Source: Promethearchaeota archaeon (GTDB taxonomy: Archaea > Asgardarchaeota > Lokiarchaeia > Sigyniarchaeales > SOKP01). From it: a stretch of 64,000 nt of DNA. The translations under genes and the position numbers were made by a program. The DNA lies in the NCBI GenBank assembly GCA_029838195.1, contig JALGVJ010000013.1, positions 33,287 to 97,286 of the forward strand, in the 5' to 3' direction. The notes beneath the pieces were generated by a model, which was not told the DNA's origin, did no database searches, and saw nothing but the letters and a program-made list of their open reading frames with translations. Shown here piece by piece: positions 60,687 through 64,000 of the stretch (positions within the stretch are counted from its first letter, which is position 1; every line of letters begins with the position of its first letter).

Positions 60687-61190
60687 ATGAGAGGAAAAGT
60701 CATAAAATATGAACAAGCAAATATTAATACGGATTTAATAATTCCAGCAAGATATCTCGTAAAATCTGATCCCGAATTTCTCTCAACCCATTGCATGGAA
60801 GATTTGGATCCCCTTTTTCATCAAAAAAAGGAAAATTTAGGGGCAGAAATCCTAGTAGCAGGTCCTAATTTTGGAAGTGGGTCCAGTCGAGAGCAAGCAC
60901 CCTTAGCGCTAAAACATTCCGGTATCAAATGCGTGATTGCGCCATTTTTTGCCAGAATTTTTCTTAGAAATGCTATTAATATAGGGTTACCTCTTATTGA
61001 ATTTAATGAAATCGATGAGTTAAATGAAGGTGATGAGTTAGAAATAGATTTTCAAGCCGGGGTTCTGAGAAATATTACAACCGGACAATCGTATTCCGTG
61101 ACTAAAATGCCAAAATTTCTCCAAGAGATTATTAATGCTGGTGGACTCTTGAAATATGGGAAAAGCCTTTTGAAAGAAATACATCGTTAA
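60687..61190 (+). CDS. leuD: 3-isopropylmalate dehydratase small subunit
   Basis: NINTDLIIPARYLV, NFGSGSSREQA, FARIFLRNAINIGLP. Confidence 0.88.
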   Translation: MRGKVIKYEQANINTDLIIPARYLVKSDPEFLSTHCMEDLDPLFHQKKENLGAEILVAGPNFGSGSSREQAPLALKHSGIKCVIAPFFARIFLRNAINIGLPLIEFNEIDELNEGDELEIDFQAGVLRNITTGQSYSVTKMPKFLQEIINAGGLLKYGKSLLKEIHR

Positions 61191-61265
61191 TTTAAAATAG
61201 ATAAGAATTAATAGCATCGACGATTAGTAAAAAATTAAAATAGATAATAAACGCCTATTATTAGA

Positions 61266-61775
61266 ATGAAATATAAAAAAACCAGCTTGTTAATCGCTTT
61301 CATTCTCGTTTTCTTCCCGATTTCAACGGTTGTAGGATATGAGAATGTTGAAAAAATCTCGGAATCAACTTCAGCGTTCTTTCTCGTTAATCTGAATAAA
61401 GGAGAATTATTAGAAATAAAAGTTGAATCCTTAGAAGGAGGATGGTTTGGCCTTTTTCTTTTTGATGAACGACCGGAAGAAACACATGTAAATTTTGATG
61501 GCACTCTTGATAATGAAATATATAATAAGGCAATTTTATATGACATTGGAAATGAGCCAACACTTATTTATATTGCAGAAAACACGCAAATTTATTATAT
61601 CCAACTCATACTTCTTGAAAATGGCCCTGATACCTATATAATAACGTCAAATAGAGAACTTTCTAGATATTATTTGCCTCAATTACATGGATATTCTATT
61701 CCAATTCTCCTTGTTTCCGTGATTTCTACCATGGTCTTCCTTTTCGTGAAATATAAAAACAATCTTAATGAATAG
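61266..61775 (+). CDS. Small surface protein with signal peptide and Loki-CTERM-like anchor
   Basis: Hydrophobic N-terminus; C-terminal LHGYSIPILLVSVISTMVFLFVKYK. Confidence 0.78.
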   Translation: MKYKKTSLLIAFILVFFPISTVVGYENVEKISESTSAFFLVNLNKGELLEIKVESLEGGWFGLFLFDERPEETHVNFDGTLDNEIYNKAILYDIGNEPTLIYIAENTQIYYIQLILLENGPDTYIITSNRELSRYYLPQLHGYSIPILLVSVISTMVFLFVKYKNNLNE

Positions 61776-62152
61776 AGCTTAATTCTTTTATTCCCATTTA
61801 CATAGAGGAAGATCTAAATTACAAATTCAATTATTAGCATGTGCCTATTTTATCGGAAAAGAAAAAAGATAATCGGGACACGATAAGGTGGCTCTCTTCT
61901 AATTTATAAGAAACCATTCTTTCATTCCTCTTTCTCTCAAATATCAATAAATTTGCAAGAAAAAATAAAAAATATAAAATCATTCGCCCCCGTTCATTCA
62001 TTATTCTTGAGTTTTAACAATATTCGTGTTTATAAGGAATGGTGAATTTTAAATTTTATAAAATCATTCCTTAATTATCATATCTTCAACTATTGAGCAA
62101 AAAGTGATGAGTCATATCATTTGAAGAATTAAGTAAAAAATTAGAAGAATTC

Positions 62153-63316
62153 ATGAAAAACACGCAAGAACTTGAATTAAAAGATGTTGAATTATTCGCG
62201 GAACACTTGGAATTAGAAATGCTGCCGCAAGTAGTAGTCTCTGCAGCACAAGCAGCAGGTCTACCCGCCCCCTCCCAACTTGGTAAAGCGGAATGGACTT
62301 CCGCAAAATTAAAGCTAGAACTTGAATATCCCGGTGAAATAGAAACAATTCAATTCATCCGGACTAATGGTAAAACTTGTACCATCGGAGGCGAGAAAGT
62401 ACCCCCATTTTTTAATTTTCTCGGATTAGAAAAAAGAAATCCTAATCCTCCTCTCGTAACGTACGATGTTTTCGATATGGGTTCTGAAATGATGCTTCCT
62501 AAACCCATCAAAGAAGAATACAAGGACGTATTGGCCGATCCTGCCCAATGGGCAAAATTCGTCGTGGACAAATTCGGAGCAGAGTGCATTACCTTCCATT
62601 CCTTAGGAATCGATCCTGGCACCCTAGATTGGCCCGTTTCAAAATCTCGTCAGCTCTTTGAAGAAATCCTTCAAGCAGTCGATGTGCCCGTCATTATTGG
62701 TTGTTCGGGAAACAAGAAGAAAGACGTCGAGATGTTTAAAGAACTTGCTGCAGTAGCTGAAAGTGAAGTCCTCATGCTCTCTGCTGCTGATAAAGCAACA
62801 TGGGAAGAAGTCGTGCCTTTAGCCGTGAAATACGACCATAATTGCCTCTTATGGACGAGTCTGGATCTAAATAATCAAATTAAAATGAATAAAGATGCCA
62901 TAGAACTTGGACTCCCACGTAATCGGATTGTCATGGACCCAACATGTGCTACGCTAGGATATGGTATGGAGTACTCATTTAGCATTTATCAGCGAATGCG
63001 AATGGCAGGACTTCTCGGTGAGAAAGATCTTGCTTTTCCAATTAGCGGAGGAACGACAAACGCATGGGGTGCACGTGAGGCTTGGATGAGTGAGAAAAAT
63101 GTTCCCGGATGGGGTGTGAGAAAATATAGGGGGCCAATCTGGGAAATCCTAAACGCTCTCTGTCTAGCAATAGTTGGTCTTGATTTAGCCATGATGTTTC
63201 ATCCAATCGCCGCAAAAGCCATAAAGGATATTACTTCTCAATTCTTTGCTGAAATCCCAAAAGAACTGGAAGCAAAAGGCTATTATGATTGGGTTTCAGC
63301 ACAAATAAAACGGTAA
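62153..63316 (+). CDS. cdhD: CO dehydrogenase/acetyl-CoA synthase complex delta subunit (corrinoid Fe-S protein small subunit)
   Basis: IGGEKVPPF, DVFD, DPAQWAK, IVMDPT..LGYGMEYS, NAWGAREAWM, MMFHP. Confidence 0.93.
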   Translation: MKNTQELELKDVELFAEHLELEMLPQVVVSAAQAAGLPAPSQLGKAEWTSAKLKLELEYPGEIETIQFIRTNGKTCTIGGEKVPPFFNFLGLEKRNPNPPLVTYDVFDMGSEMMLPKPIKEEYKDVLADPAQWAKFVVDKFGAECITFHSLGIDPGTLDWPVSKSRQLFEEILQAVDVPVIIGCSGNKKKDVEMFKELAAVAESEVLMLSAADKATWEEVVPLAVKYDHNCLLWTSLDLNNQIKMNKDAIELGLPRNRIVMDPTCATLGYGMEYSFSIYQRMRMAGLLGEKDLAFPISGGTTNAWGAREAWMSEKNVPGWGVRKYRGPIWEILNALCLAIVGLDLAMMFHPIAAKAIKDITSQFFAEIPKELEAKGYYDWVSAQIKR

Positions 63317-63523
63317 AAAAAAAAAAGAAGGGTTCTATTTTTTTCTTCCTACTTATCTTTTCATGGTATAATTTTTTCCCAATAAAGCCTTCCAACCATT
63401 CATAAATTCATAAAAGCTTACATGGAATTCTTATAGAATAAATCATGCCACTATCTACCCGTTCTGGATGAATTCTTTTAAAAAAATATTGATCTTTTTA
63501 TCCTTTTGTCATGATAAAATAAG

Positions 63524-64000
63524 ATGAATTTGGACTATTTTTTGTTCCAAAGCTTAATTTTTTTTTTATTCTGTGGATTGAATTATTATCTTTATCGAAG
63601 ATATAAAAACCAGCAAGTATATACACTTTCAAAAAAATTTAGATTATTACGCCTTGGAACCATTATTCTTCTCGTTTCCATCATTTTTGCGATTATATTA
63701 AACCGTAATTTATTTACTCTTGAAGATCCCGATCTTAATTTTTTATTAAAAATTAATGGTTTCATGTTCCTTTTGATTTTTTCTTTTCCCCTTTTAATTC
63801 ATTCTTTCCAAAACTTAAATGATTGTAAAATCAAGTTAGAATATCCAACACGCTCTAAAAGTCATGTTGGCAAGATAAAATTGGGTAGAATTCTTTATAA
63901 AAATAAAAAAAAATACCATTATTATTTAAACCTCGACGATCTCACACAGCACGTGTTCGTGTGCGGCATCACGGGCTCCGGGAAGAGCAATTTTGTCCAG
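63524..64000 (+). CDS. Membrane-anchored HerA/VirD4-like (DUF87) ATPase, 5' part; runs off the window end
   Basis: Manual translation from ATG 63524: three hydrophobic segments then IKLGRI...LNLDDLTQHVFVCGITGSGKSNFVQ (Walker A). Confidence 0.85.
   Translation, partial: MNLDYFLFQSLIFFLFCGLNYYLYRRYKNQQVYTLSKKFRLLRLGTIILLVSIIFAIILNRNLFTLEDPDLNFLLKINGFMFLLIFSFPLLIHSFQNLNDCKIKLEYPTRSKSHVGKIKLGRILYKNKKKYHYYLNLDDLTQHVFVCGITGSGKSNFVQ

Noticed and set aside
1-64000. Many 60-150 aa antisense or nested ORFs (e.g. 15413-15874, 42934-43302, 55436-55807), CRISPR arrays, rRNA genes
   Set aside because: The ORFs are shadows of well-supported genes; no repeat-spacer periodicity or rRNA-like GC-rich segment was seen.

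Overview
AT-rich (roughly 30% GC by eye) archaeal chromosomal window, most likely an Asgard archaeon of Lokiarchaeia type. This is inferred from the archaeal rpoD-rpl18e-rpl13-rps9 genes, a small GTPase with a roadblock/longin-like C-terminus, Loki-CTERM-like surface proteins, cdhD and cdc48. Most of it is housekeeping: trpS, glyA, aroA/aroC, hisI, msrB, trmI, dapA/B/F, leuC/D, argG, hsp20-cdc48 and a methionine synthase-like gene. A variable, pseudogene-rich region (about 43.5-52.7 kb) surrounds an intron-containing tRNA-Pro(TGG). Top finding: argG is interrupted inside its ATP-binding YSGGLDTS motif by a 32-nt insertion (54932-54963) carrying an in-frame stop. The insertion folds into a bulge-helix-bulge-type structure whose predicted tRNA-splicing-endonuclease cuts exactly restore the motif and frame, making it a candidate BHB mRNA intron in an Asgard protein-coding gene. 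Also notable: a circularly permuted TTL/YheCD-like ATP-grasp ligase paired with an M14-like carboxypeptidase (candidate peptide-tag writer/eraser), a tRNA intron at non-canonical position 25/26, apparent over-representation of CRYG words such as CACGTG, two orphan DNA amino-methyltransferases, probable non-canonical start codons, and a large putative defence protein. All calls come from motif recognition by eye; no searches were run.
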